Shown: positions 13,432-24,369 of the stretch, one piece after another | Position numbering within the stretch: the stretch's first letter is position 1 | Layout of the letters: the number at the start of each line of letters is the position of its first letter | Assembly: GCF_006345805.1 (NCBI RefSeq) | Contig: NW_021832316.1 | Coordinates: 1 to 42,493, forward strand | DNA: 42,493 bases | Direction of reading: 5' to 3' | Source of the DNA: Octopus sinensis | Taxonomy: Eukaryota | The notes under the pieces: model-generated | Told to the model about the DNA's origin: nothing | Seen by the model: only the letters and a program-made list of their open reading frames with translations | Databases searched by the model: none | Made by a program: the position numbers and the translations under genes

Positions 13432-13928
13432 ACAGAGTTAGTAGTTGGGTATAAGCAATGTTAGTAAGCAATTTCAATAGTAGTAGTAGTAGTTTTAGTG
13501 CTGGTGATGGTAATGGCAGTGATGGTTGTGGTGGTGGTGGTAGTAGAAAACGTCAACAGACCTGATCACTTTTGTGACTATGCAATTTGTTCAATGTACA
13601 ATCGCTAAATCACAAAAGCTTCCAGGACAGCCGATATGTTAGTGCGTCAACATCAAGAACTGGCAGAGGGTGGGTGGATAGGTGGATATGTAGACAGGTA
13701 GGCGGGCGGCGGGTGGATGGGTTAGTGGTTCGGTGAGTGGTAGAAGAGGTGTTAGTGAGGGAACAAGGATCAGTAGTGGTGGTGGTGGTAGTGGTAGTGG
13801 AGGATAGCGAGATGGTTGGTACAGGTTGCATGGATGTGGTGTGATGTGGTGAGATGGTAGGAGTTGGTGGTGATGGGGGGGTGGAAAGTGGGAGGTGGTG
13901 GCAGTGGTGGTATGTCAACACAACATCT

Positions 13929-14343
13929 GCGAGCTGGCAGAAATGTTAGCACACCGGGCGAAACGCTTAGCAGTATTTTGTCTGTCTTTATGTTCTGAGT
14001 TCAAATTCCGCCGAGGTCAACTTTGCCTTTCATCCTTTTGGGGTCGATAAATTAAGTACCAGTGACGCACTGGGGTCGATGTAATCGACTTAATGCATTT
14101 GTCTGGTCCTTATTTGTCCCCTCAGTGTTTAGCCCCTTGTAGGTAGTAAAGAAATAGGTATTTCATTTGCCGCTACATTCTGAGTTCAAATTCGGCCGAG
14201 GTCGACTTTGCCTTTCATCCTTTCGGGGTCGATTAAATAAGTACCAGTTACGCACTGGGGTCGATATAATCAACTTGATCCATTTGTCTGGTCCTTATTT
14301 GCCCCCTCTGTGTTTAGCCCCTTGTGGGTAGTAAAGAAATAAG
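13929..14343 (+). mobile_element. SINE family B, one head plus two tandem bodies
   Basis: The body (B box to aaagaaata) is repeated at ~13970-14156 and ~14157-14343 with the junction aaagaaata-ggtattt. Confidence 0.85.
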
Positions 14344-15009
14344 AAAGACATGGTGGTGGTGGTGGTCACGGTGTTGTAGGGGGATGGTATTCCGTGATGG
14401 CGGTGTTTGTGATGATGGTGTTGGTGGTAGTGGTGGTGTTTGGTGGTGGCATTGTTGTTACTGTTTGTGATGGTGGCAATGGTGGTGGTAGTGGTATTGG
14501 TGGGTGGTAGTGGTAGTTGTAGTGGTGTGATTGTCATAGTGTTTGTGATGGTAGTGGGCATGGTTTAGAATGGCTGTGGGTGAGGATGGTGAGGTTCATG
14601 CCATGGATGGTAGTCAAAGTGTGAAAGCAATGGTGCTGGTTTGATGGTGAAGTGAGACAGGTGGAAGAGCGGGGTGGTGGATGTGAGTGGTATTATGGTG
14701 GTGGTGGTGGCAGTGGTGGGTAGCAAGAGTGGCAGAGGTGGACGGGTGAGGAGGGAACAAGGGTACATGTTGCTGGGCTTTGAATGTGTTCACATGGATG
14801 GTGGTGGTGGTGGTAGTGGTGGTGGTGGCGGTACTGACATTGGTAAGGTTGAGAAGGGGGAAAAGAGGTTAAGGTGTTATTGGTGGTGGTGCAAAGGGTG
14901 GTGGCGGCTCAGGTGTTAGTGGTGGTGGTGGTGGTGGTGGTAGTGCAGAAGGGGTTTGCTGCAATCAACAACAGAAATTAAACGACAAATTTCAGCATGC
15001 AAAACAAAA

Positions 15010-15266
15010 CGTGCTAGTAGTAGTAGTGGTGGTCGTGCTGGTAGTAGTAGTAGTGGTCAGAGAAGTCGAGCTGGTAGTTGTGGCGATGGTGGTAGTTGTA
15101 ATAGTAAGTAGTAGTAGTAGTGGTGGTGGTGGTGGTGGTGGTAGTGGGGCTGGTGGTAGAAGTAGTACTAGCAGTCAAGCTGGAGGTAGTAGTAGTAGTA
15201 GTAGTAGTAGCAGTAATAGTAGTAGTCAAAGAAGTCGAACTGGTGGTTGTGGCAATGGTGATAGTT

Positions 15267-15301
<35 letters not shown>

Positions 15302-15925
15302 CGTGGTGGTGGGGCTGGTGGTAGAGGTAGTAGTAGCAGTCAAGCTGGTAGTAGTAGCAGTAGTAGTAGTCAGAGAAGTCAAACTGGTGGTTGTGGCGAT
15401 GGTGGTAGTTGTAGTAATAGTAGTAGGGCTGGTGGTAGAGGTAGTAGTATCAGTCAAGCTGGTAGTAGTAGTAGTAGTAGTAGCAGTAGTAGTAGTCAGA
15501 GAAGTCAAACTGGTGGTTGTGGCGATGGTGGTAGTTGTAGTAATAGTAGTAGGGCTGGTGGTAGAGGTAGTAGTATCAGTCAAGCTGGTAGTAGTAGTAG
15601 TAGTAGTAGCAGTAGTAGTAGTCAGAGAAGTCAAACTGGTGGTTGTGGCGATGGTGGTAGTTTAGTAAAAATAGTAGTAGGGCTGGTGGTAGAGGTAGTA
15701 GTATCAGTCAAGCTGGTAGTAGTAGTAGTAGTAGTAGCAGTAGTAGTAGTCAGAGAAGTCAAACTGGTGGTTGTGGCGATGGTGGTAGTTGTAGTAATAG
15801 TAGTAGTAGTGGTGGTGGGGCTGGTGGTAGAAGTAGTAGTAGCAGTCAAGCTGGTAGTAGTAGTAGTAATAGTCAATCTGACAAAGGTGGTGGTTGTGGT
15901 AGTAGTAGTAGTAGTAGTAGAGAGA
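15010..15925. repeat. (AGT/GGT)n-derived minisatellite with a ~126-bp higher-order unit
   Basis: The anchor cagagaagtc recurs at 15371, 15497, 15623 and 15751, with diverged anchors near 15058 and 15227. Confidence 0.9.
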
Positions 15926-16466
15926 GAGGATGGCATTGCTCTTGGAGCATCTTTGCTTACAGGTCTGCTGACCTAGGGCTAAACTTTTGCAATAACAAGA
16001 GAGAATACATTAGATAACGTAGTCCTAGATACTGAGGCAGGATGGTCACAGCTGGAATGTCTTTGATCATGTCTGACCTAGGGTTAAACATTTACAACAT
16101 TTGTCTATCATGGGCCACGGTGGAGAAACCTTATGTGTGGTCATTGGCCATACTAGAAATAATAGTCAAATTTCCCTCAAAAGACACAACCATAAACCCT
16201 AACAAATTTTTAAATGTTGTTCTTGGGTGCTCATGGCTGGGTTGTCTTTGATCAGAAATCTGCTTGGGTTAAACAACAACAACAATAGTAACAACAATAA
16301 TAGCAATTAGGTAATAGCAGGCCTTAGGTGAAACCGTTTTATCAGTCAGGCAGACTGTGGTTCAAAGATGAGGGAGAATATTGAGGAGAGTGGAGAGAGA
16401 GGGGGGAAATAATAAGTTGGGAAAAGGAAGAGAGAAGTATGGAAGAAAAAAGGAGAGAAAGTACAC

Positions 16467-16567
<101 letters not shown>

Positions 16568-16598
16568 CATATATACATACATATATATATATCTATAC

Positions 16599-16633
<35 letters not shown>

Positions 16634-16802
16634 CATATATATATTACATATATATATACATACATATAAACATACCTACATATATATACATACACACATA
16701 CATATATACATACATATATACATACATATATATATTATATATATATATCTATATATATATATACACACACACACAACCACATATAGATACATATATATAA
16801 AA

Positions 16803-17085
16803 CCATCATCATCATCAACATTTAATGTCCATTTTCCATACTGGCATGGGTTGGATGGCTTGACAGGGACTGGCAAGATCAGGGGCCACACCAGTTTCTA
16901 TTGGCTGTTTTTTGCATGGTTTCTACAGCTGGATGCCCTTCCTAATACCAAACACCCCACAGAGGGTAATGACCGCGTGATCTCCAACCACTCCTTATTC
17001 CAGCGGCGAATGCCGTAGATATGGGGGCCCAGGTTGGGTTCCAGATCAGCCTTGACTGTCATCAGCCAGGTTTTTTGTTGTCCAC
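16803..17085 (-). mobile_element. RTE 3' remnant (ORF2 C-terminus plus family C tail)
   Basis: Minus strand reads GGQQKTWLMTVKADLE...[10 protein letters not shown], followed by ggaagggcatccagctgtagaaac and a (gat)n tail. Confidence 0.65.
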
Positions 17086-17685
17086 CACATCTTTCTATAT
17101 ATATAGATATATGTAGAGGGAGACAAATATATTTATAGGGGAAGACCGACTGAAGAAGGGGAGTTTTCCTTGTTTTGTATGTCCTGTACTCTATTTTTCC
17201 ATTGTTTAAGAAAAATGTCCATTTCCTTGGTTTTGTGTTTATGTTTTTGTCTCTCATTGTGTTCGGCGTTTTTTTGGTGTCCTGTAGCCATATATGCGTG
17301 TATATATACATGTAGATGTAGGTACGTACATATATGTATGTATATATGCATATGTTTTATTTATTTATTAATTTAGATATATATATATATAGAGAGAGAG
17401 AGAGGGGGAGTAGCGAGGGGGTAGAAGAAAAAGGGAGTAGGAGAGGATTGGAGAACGAAAGAGGGAGAGAGACAGGAAGAATAAAACAAGAGGAGGTGAA
17501 AGGGGAAAGAAGAAACAAAGAGAGAGGATGGAACACACAGCAGATGGGAGAGGTGGAGAGGGGCAGGGAAGTAGGGGAGGAAAAGGAGGGAAGACAGAGG
17601 GAGCAGGGAGAGATTGGTGTAATAAGGAAGGATGAGAAGGGAAGAGATAAGAAAGATGAAGAGAGAGAGAGATAAAAATACTGAC

Positions 17686-17852
17686 CGACGGAAATCAAGC
17701 AAAACCTTCACCGATGTCGGAATGGAGAGATCAAGCCAAGACAAGAAGTGGAACTGGGTGACAGTCCGTGTTTCATTGGTTTGTAGATTCTTCAGGTAAA
17801 AGCTGCGTACCAGGTAGTCATCACACCAGATATGTTCAGAGACCAGATGTAC
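17686..17852 (-). CDS. PTPRN2: IA-2/phogrin-family PTP exon (167 nt, phase 0 to 2): [55 protein letters not shown](R)
   Basis: Acceptor ttccaactgtacAG and donor GTcagt. [22 protein letters not shown] and [13 protein letters not shown] are near-invariant in IA-2 proteins. In frame with the three preceding exons. Confidence 0.96.
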
Positions 17853-18451
17853 CTGTACAGTTGGAACAACTTGCTTTAGACATAAGCCTACATATGTGTA
17901 TCAACATATATTTTAAAGAGTTTTGTTGTATAAGGCCTGTACAATGCGAGAAGGAACAAAATAAACTAGAAAATGAAGAGAAAAACTAAACAAAACAAAG
18001 TTGCAGTTTTACTTTGCATTTCTGTATTTTGGGGTTACAACCCCTTCATCAGGACATTTGATATACATATACATGTGTGCGTGTGTGAGTGTGTGAGGGC
18101 ACATGGCTTGGTGATTAGGGTGTTGCACTTGCGATCATGAGATCATGTTTGGCATGGATTGGACGGTAATAACTTTGAAGTTTCGGTTTATAGATGTCAT
18201 CAAATAGTTTGAAGAGTACTAGCGAGCTGAAACTTTAAAGGCTTAGTCAACCATAACCTTCTAAAAAGTAACATGTACTCCATAAAGTACTGAGTGATCT
18301 TTTAATTCAATGTTATACTGCTTACCTATCTATCTCTCTATATATTGGTATAGAAAAACCCAACTAATGTGTGTGTGTGTGTGTGCATATATGTGTGTGC
18401 CCCAGCATGGCCACAGCTCATTAGCTGAAACTGGAAAAATCAAAATCAAAA

Positions 18452-18493
<42 letters not shown>

Positions 18494-18495
<2 letters not shown>

Positions 18496-19015
18496 GTAAA
18501 TCCTCGAGTATAGTCTACCCTTGAGTATAATACGCAGGGGATTTTTAGGGGGCTGTACCTCTGAAAAACCTAAACCTTGTGTATAATACGCACCCCTTCT
18601 CTAACTTGAGTCGTGCATAATTAAGCCAGTAGCACTTAGTCGAACAAACACTTTCGCGCATGCGTAATACAATAATGGTGATGTTCTTAACTGTTATATG
18701 GGAATGTAAATATGTTTGCAAATTGTCTTTGTTACATGTTATTCTGTGTTCTGAATACTTTTATTTTAATAAATGTTGCTTACTGCAAGTTATGGATGAT
18801 TCTTTTATGACTTCATTGCTTTCAGGCTTAGCTTAAGGTATTTTCACGCACGACATCACAAAATGCGTCTGAATAAACATTGCTGGACAGCAAATAGAGA
18901 CTTGGACATTGCTTAGAAAATATTTTTCATTTTTAACCTCGTATATAGTACGCACTAGGGATTTTAACCGTTAAATTTTTGGAAAAAAGTACGGATTATA
19001 TTCGGGGATTTACGG
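18494..19015. mobile_element. 522-bp non-autonomous Tc1/mariner-superfamily (pogo/Tc2-like) MITE
   Basis: TIRs CCGTAAATCCTCGAGTATAGTC and (reverse complement) CCGTAAATCCCCGAATATAATC. TA on both sides. Subterminal gtataatacgca repeats. Confidence 0.85.
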
Positions 19016-19313
19016 TATATATATATAAAACATATATTATATAACTGGTTTGTTGCCTAACACTCCATTATATAACTTCACACAAAACTGATTGGTAAGA
19101 CCAGCCGTGATGGATACTTAATATTATAAAATTCGAACAATATATCTACTCTACTGACTGACAGTTATACGAGTGCATCTTCTCCCTGACTTATGGTCTC
19201 TTAGATCCTCAAGTATTATATATATGTATATAATAATATATGTATATATATATATATATATGTAATATATATATATTATGTATATATATGTATATATATG
19301 TATATATATATAT

Positions 19314-19355
<42 letters not shown>

Positions 19356-19357
19356 GG

Positions 19358-19696
19358 AGGAGACCCCTTCAGTCACGAATGACCATGGGATTGCACCTAG
19401 ACAGTTATCCTCCGAGGAAAAAGTCTGGGCAAGGTTGTTTTATGGAAGACCAGCAGTTGCCCATGCATACCGGCCTCCCCTCTCCACACCACCGGTGTTA
19501 TCCAAGGGAAAGGCTAAGGGGCCGATACAGCTTGGCACCTGTGATGTCGCAACTCATTTCTACAGCTGAGTGAATTGGAGCAACGTGAAATAAAGTGTCT
19601 ACTCAAGAGCACAACATGCAGTCCAATCCGGGATTTGAGCTTACAACCTCACGATCGTAAGCTCGACGCTCTAACCACTGAGCCATGCACCTTCAC
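19358..19696 (-). mobile_element. tRNA-derived SINE (family E)
   Basis: Head GGTGCATGGCTCAGTGGTTAGAGCG...GCTCAAATCCCGG with A- and B-box-like motifs, followed by gtgctcttgagtagacactttatttcac...cagctgtagaaatgag. Confidence 0.75.
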
Positions 19697-19753
19697 ATAT
19701 ATATATATATATATATATACATATAAAAATGTATGTGTATATATATCTAAATC

Positions 19754-19793
<40 letters not shown>

Positions 19794-19842
19794 TGTATAT
19801 ATATATGTGTGTATGTTGATATACATGTATACATATATATGC

Positions 19843-19880
<38 letters not shown>

Positions 19881-20046
19881 ATATGTGCATGTATATAAAT
19901 ATGTGCAAGTATATCTGGGTGTACATTTGTTAGTGTGTGTGTGTGCGTGTAGGTGTGCATATTTGTACATATATGTGTTCACATATGCCTATGTGTGTGC
20001 ATGTGAAAGAGAGAGACAGAGAGAGAGAGAGTAGGTGTGCGCTTAC

Positions 20047-20166
20047 CTCATAAATGTGATAAAGATCACTGCCTTCTTCTGGCCAATAGCGATGACACAT
20101 GGCGTCAGCATTCTCCGTTAGTTTGGTCAGCATCACTATTACAACACTGCCTTGTTCCCATACCAT
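20047..20166 (-). CDS. PTPRN2: IA-2/phogrin-family PTP exon (120 nt, phase 0 to 0): [40 protein letters not shown]
   Basis: Acceptor tttgtttttgtttaccAG and donor GTaagc. Contains the MVWE, IVMLT and CxxYWP PTP motifs plus the IA-2-specific EGSxLYHIYE. Confidence 0.96.
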
Positions 20167-20203
20167 CTGGTAAACAAAAACAAACACCATTATTATTATC
20201 ATT

Positions 20204-20586
20204 ACTAGCAGTATCACCCGGCGTTGCTCGGATTTGTGAGGGAAATAACTATAAAGCATTTTTAGAGAGTTATAGCCAAAAAATAGCAAAAAAAAGGAAA
20301 AAAAATTATGTAAATTTTTTTTGAGGAGTTAAAAAGGTCGAGTTGCGTCCCCTAGACAGTCTGGGTTTGTGTTTCTGATTCTCGACCCCATGTCGAATTT
20401 ATCGATTTTTTTCAGAATGGGGGAACTTTTCAAAATTTTCGCTTCATTAGTTTTGAATTATGACTTGGGCTATGGTGTGTCAAGTTTCATCAGAATCGGT
20501 TGAAAGCCGTGGTCAGGGTGAGGGTACAACCTAACAGACACACAGACACACACACAAAACAAACTGCCGTTTATATAGAGAGAGAT
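20204..20586 (+). mobile_element. Non-autonomous Helitron/Helentron-like element
   Basis: Starts ACTAGCAGTATCACCCGGCGTTGCTCGG and ends (acag/ac)n...tttatatagagagat. No TSD seen. The 5' ~75 bp are shared with 24522-24815. Classification is by terminal pattern only. Confidence 0.55.
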
Positions 20587-20598
20587 TATGACAGTGTC

Positions 20599-21605
20599 AA
20601 AATGGCAGAATGGTTAGCACACCAGGCAGAATGCTTAGCGGCATTTCATCCATCATGACATTCTGAGTTCAAATTCCACCAAGGTCAACTTTGCCTTTTA
20701 TCCTTTCAGGGTCAATAAATTAAGTACCTATTTCTTTATTATCCACAAGGGGCTAAACATAGAGGAACAAACAAGGACAGACATAGGTATTAAGTCGATT
20801 ACATCGACCCCAGTGCGTAACTGGTACTTAATTTATCCCGAAAGGACGAAAGGCAAAGTACCCTCAGCGAATTTGAACCCAGAAAAGTAATGCAGACAAA
20901 ATACTATTTCTTTATTACCACAAGGGGCTAAACATAGAGGGGACAAACAAGGACAGACATAGGTATTAAGTCGTTACATCGACCCCAGTGCGTAACTGGT
21001 ACTTAATTTATCAACCCCGAAAGGATGAAAGGCAAAGTCGACCTCGGCAGAATTTGAACCCAGAACGTAACGGCAGACAAAATACCTATTTCTTTATTAT
21101 CCACAAGGAGCAAAACATAGAGGGAACAAACAAGGACAGACATAGGTATTGAGTCGATTACATCGACCCCAGTGCGTAACTGGTACTTAATTTATCGATC
21201 CCGAAAGGATGAAAGGCAACGTCGACCTCGGTGGAATTTGAACCCAGAATGTAATGGTAGACAAAATACCTATTTCTTTACTACACACAAGGGGCTAAAC
21301 ATAGAGGGGACAAACAAGGACAGACATAGGTATTAAGTCGATTACATTGACCCCAGTGTGTAACTGGTACTTAATTTATCGACCCCAAAAGGATGAAAGG
21401 CAAAGTCAACCTCGGCAGAATTTGAACCTAGAACGTAACGGCAGACGAAATACCGCTAGGCATTTCGCCTGGTGTGCTAATGATTCTGCCAGCTCGCCGC
21501 CTTCGTCAATAAATTAAGTACCAGTTGCATACTGGGGTTGATCTAATCGACTGGCCACCCCTCCCTCAAAATTTGGGGTCTTGTGCCTATAGTAGGAAGA
21601 ATCAT
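20599..21605 (+). mobile_element. SINE family B host copy split by a nested insertion
   Basis: 5' half ~20599-20728; the 3' half resumes at 21505-21605. Confidence 0.8.
20729..21504 (-). mobile_element. Multimeric SINE family B (one head plus four tandem bodies) with an 18-bp TSD
   Basis: Bodies of ~175-183 bp start (plus strand) near 20729, 20904, 21087 and 21270; the head ends at 21503. gtcaataaattaagtacc is duplicated at 20711-20728 and 21505-21522. Confidence 0.9.
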
Positions 21606-21628
21606 TATTATTATTATCATTATTATTA

Positions 21629-21660
<32 letters not shown>

Positions 21661-21661
<1 letters not shown>

Positions 21662-22043
21662 GGCTGTGTGGTAAGTAGCTTGCTTACCAGCCACATGGTT
21701 CCGGGTTCATTCCCACTGCTTGGCACCTTGGGAAAGTGTCTTCTACTATAGCCTCGGCCCGACCAAAGCCTTCTAAGTGGATTTGGTAGACGGAAACTGA
21801 AAGAAGCCCTCCACCTGCCTTCGTTTTTTGTTTATTTTTGTAAACCTTCCTATTATATATATATATATGTGTATGTGTGTGTGCATGTGTGTGTGTTTGT
21901 CCCCCCAACATTGCTTGACAACTGATGCTGGTGTGTTTACGTCCCAATAACTTAGTGGTTTGGCAAAAAGTACTAGGCTTCCAAAGAATAAGTCCTGGAG
22001 TCGATTTGCTCAACTAAAGGCGGTGCTCCAGGATGGCCGCAAT
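21661..22043 (+). mobile_element. SINE family A
   Basis: tggctgtgtggtaagtagcttgc...ggtgctccaggatggccgc. Confidence 0.85.
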
Positions 22044-22298
22044 CTTCGCCACTACACCAAAAGGACAAACGGATTAAGAGTCATTGCACTGGTAGCACAA
22101 ACGAGCTTCAGATGAATAAGATGAGCTCCAGGATGCACTTAATGGGGTGACCATGGATGGAAGGGTTTTAATAACACGATTGTAGAAACAGGGTGGACTT
22201 TGAGGTTTAACAACAACAACAACAACAACGATTACGATGCCAAAGAAAACAAGCACAAACAACAATAACACCGACAACAACAATAACTTGTAACTTAC

Positions 22299-22376
22299 CT
22301 GCCAAAAGTCAGCAACTGTATGTGGCAAAGGTCCTTGGGTGGCAATATATGCTGGATTCTTTGGATCATGGTCAGT
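22299..22376 (-). CDS. PTPRN2: IA-2/phogrin-family PTP exon (78 nt, phase 0 to 0): [26 protein letters not shown]
   Basis: Acceptor (ct)n-atccacAG and donor GTaagt. DHDP[12 protein letters not shown] is diagnostic of the IA-2 subfamily; contains the YIATQGP and TxxDFW PTP motifs. Confidence 0.96.
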
Positions 22377-22469
22377 CTGTGGATAGAGAGAGAGAGATAT
22401 ACAGATCATATATGTGTGAATATGTACATATATATGTATGTGTGTGTATATAAGTATATATATATAACC

Positions 22470-22501
<32 letters not shown>

Positions 22502-22849
22502 TATATGGCGATAATAATTAATTTTATTGTATCGCATTTGACTTTGTTATCGTATATTATATATATATATATATAAGTATATATAGTCAAAAATTGTGAA
22601 GCATGACTGTCACCACTACTACCATGAACCTGAAGATTGCAGAATTCAATGCATAAAGTACTAGTTCAATCAGATGAACATTTAACATTCTTTTATTTTA
22701 TTTTATTATATTATTTATCTTATCTTATATCATTATAAGATTGTAAATAAAACGTGAAAATCAGACAGGTTGGAACTCCTTTTATTAATATATTCTTCTA
22801 TACACAATCACACACCCCGTTATATATATCTATAAAAGTATATATATAA

Positions 22850-22892
<43 letters not shown>

Positions 22893-22894
<2 letters not shown>

Positions 22895-23114
22895 TTTATT
22901 TGTTTCACAGTCATTTGGCTGCGGCCATGCTGGAGCAGCGCCTTTAGTCGAACATATCGACCCCAGGACTTATTCAGTGTAAGCCTGGTACTTATTCTAT
23001 CGGTCTCTTTTTGCCGAACCGTTAAGTTACGAGGATGTGAACACACCAACATCGGTTGCCAAGCGAAGGTGGGGGTACAAACACAGACACACAAACACAC
23101 ACACATACACACAC

Positions 23115-23156
<42 letters not shown>

Positions 23157-23337
23157 TATGTATGTATATATATATGACGGGCTTCTTTCAGTTTCCGTCT
23201 ACAAAATCCACTCACAAGGCTTTGGTCAGCCCAAGGCTATAGCAGAATACACTTGCCCAAAGTGTCACTCAGTGGGACTGAACCCAGAACCATGTGGTTG
23301 GTAAGCTAGCTACTTACCACACAGCCACTCCTGCGCC
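22893..23337 (-). mobile_element. SINE family A
   Basis: Full head (...cacacagccactcctgcgcc on the plus strand) through to the tail. Confidence 0.85.
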
Positions 23338-23429
23338 TATATATATAAATATATATGTATATATATATACAGAAGAATCATCTCAATCCTGTCTTCTTTC
23401 TGCCGCCTAAAACCTCATCTCCAATGCTC

Positions 23430-23908
23430 GGTGCGCCCGCCCTCCACCCCCCCCACCACCAATACCGATATCTCTATATTTTGCTCCATCTTACCGGTCG
23501 CTTCCTCCCACCACCATTATAGGTGTCTACTCTTCAACCCCCCCCTCTTCAATACGCTATTTCACCATGCATTACCCTCTCTCGATAATCCTACTTCTAC
23601 TTGCCTAGAACCTGTCATCATTTCTCTGAACCACCCCTCCCCACTGGTGCTCCCCTCTATTTCTGCACCCCCCCCCCACCATAAAAAAGCACCATCCGAA
23701 CGTGGCCGATGCCAGACCCTCTGGCACCTGCGCAGGTGGCACGTAAAAAACACCCACTACACTCGCGGAGTGGTTGGCGTTAGGAAGGGCATCCAGCTGT
23801 AGAAACACTGCCAGACTAGACTGGAGCCTGGGGCAGTCCCGAGCTCCCCAGACCCCGGTCGAAACCGTCCAACCCGTGCTAGCGCGGAAAACGGACGTTA
23901 AACGATGA
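23430..23908 (+). mobile_element. Family C retroposon with the same G/C-rich extension as 3658-4537 (single internal unit)
   Basis: The reverse complement aligns by eye along its whole length to 3658-4537. Confidence 0.8.
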
Positions 23909-24369
23909 TGATGATGATGATGATGATATATACAATATAAGAAGCATATATGTGTATGTGTGCATATACATAGAGCTTGAAAAAGTCATATGTTCAGGAA
24001 TTAATATGGAGTCATAGTTCAAGAGACTTAACGACCCTCCATGCTTGTTTTTGTTTGGTTTCCCTGTAGGTCTCCACTGTCCTGTTTTTGTTCCCAACTT
24101 TGACCCTCCATAAATCCTAAATTTTAGTTTGGAATTTATGGGTGCAACTGTCTTTGAAGACTCATATTGTCGCTGAATGCTCGAAATGAAGAGTGGCTGT
24201 GTGGCAAGTAGCTTCTTTTCCATTCCTCTTATTATTATTTCATTTATGCGCAACAGCTTAAACTGTCAGAAAAGAAACATTTCCAACCATGGGCTACAAG
24301 TAAACTCAGATGCCAAGAACTTTCTTAAGTATCCAAACTGTCCCTAATAACATTGCTTTCTGGATCTGC

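Noticed and set aside
13560-13665. Unique island with an AG acceptor-like site on the minus strand
   Set aside because: All three frames hit stops and there is no PTP similarity.
15011-15976. 321-aa Ser/Gly/Val ORF (+) and 206-aa Thr-rich mucin-like ORF (-)
   Set aside because: Both arise from the AGT/GGT higher-order repeat, are open in several frames on both strands, and lack splice or start context.
17140-17290. CTGAAGAAGGGG motif starting a T-rich remnant (a similar remnant lies near 26160-26320)
   Set aside because: No downstream GAAA core, so it is not counted as a hammerhead. It is probably a degraded Penelope-like terminus but this cannot be supported.
20729-21504. Regularly spaced repeats resembling a CRISPR array
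   Set aside because: The units are ~180-bp SINE bodies with no unique spacers, the context is eukaryotic, and there are no cas genes.
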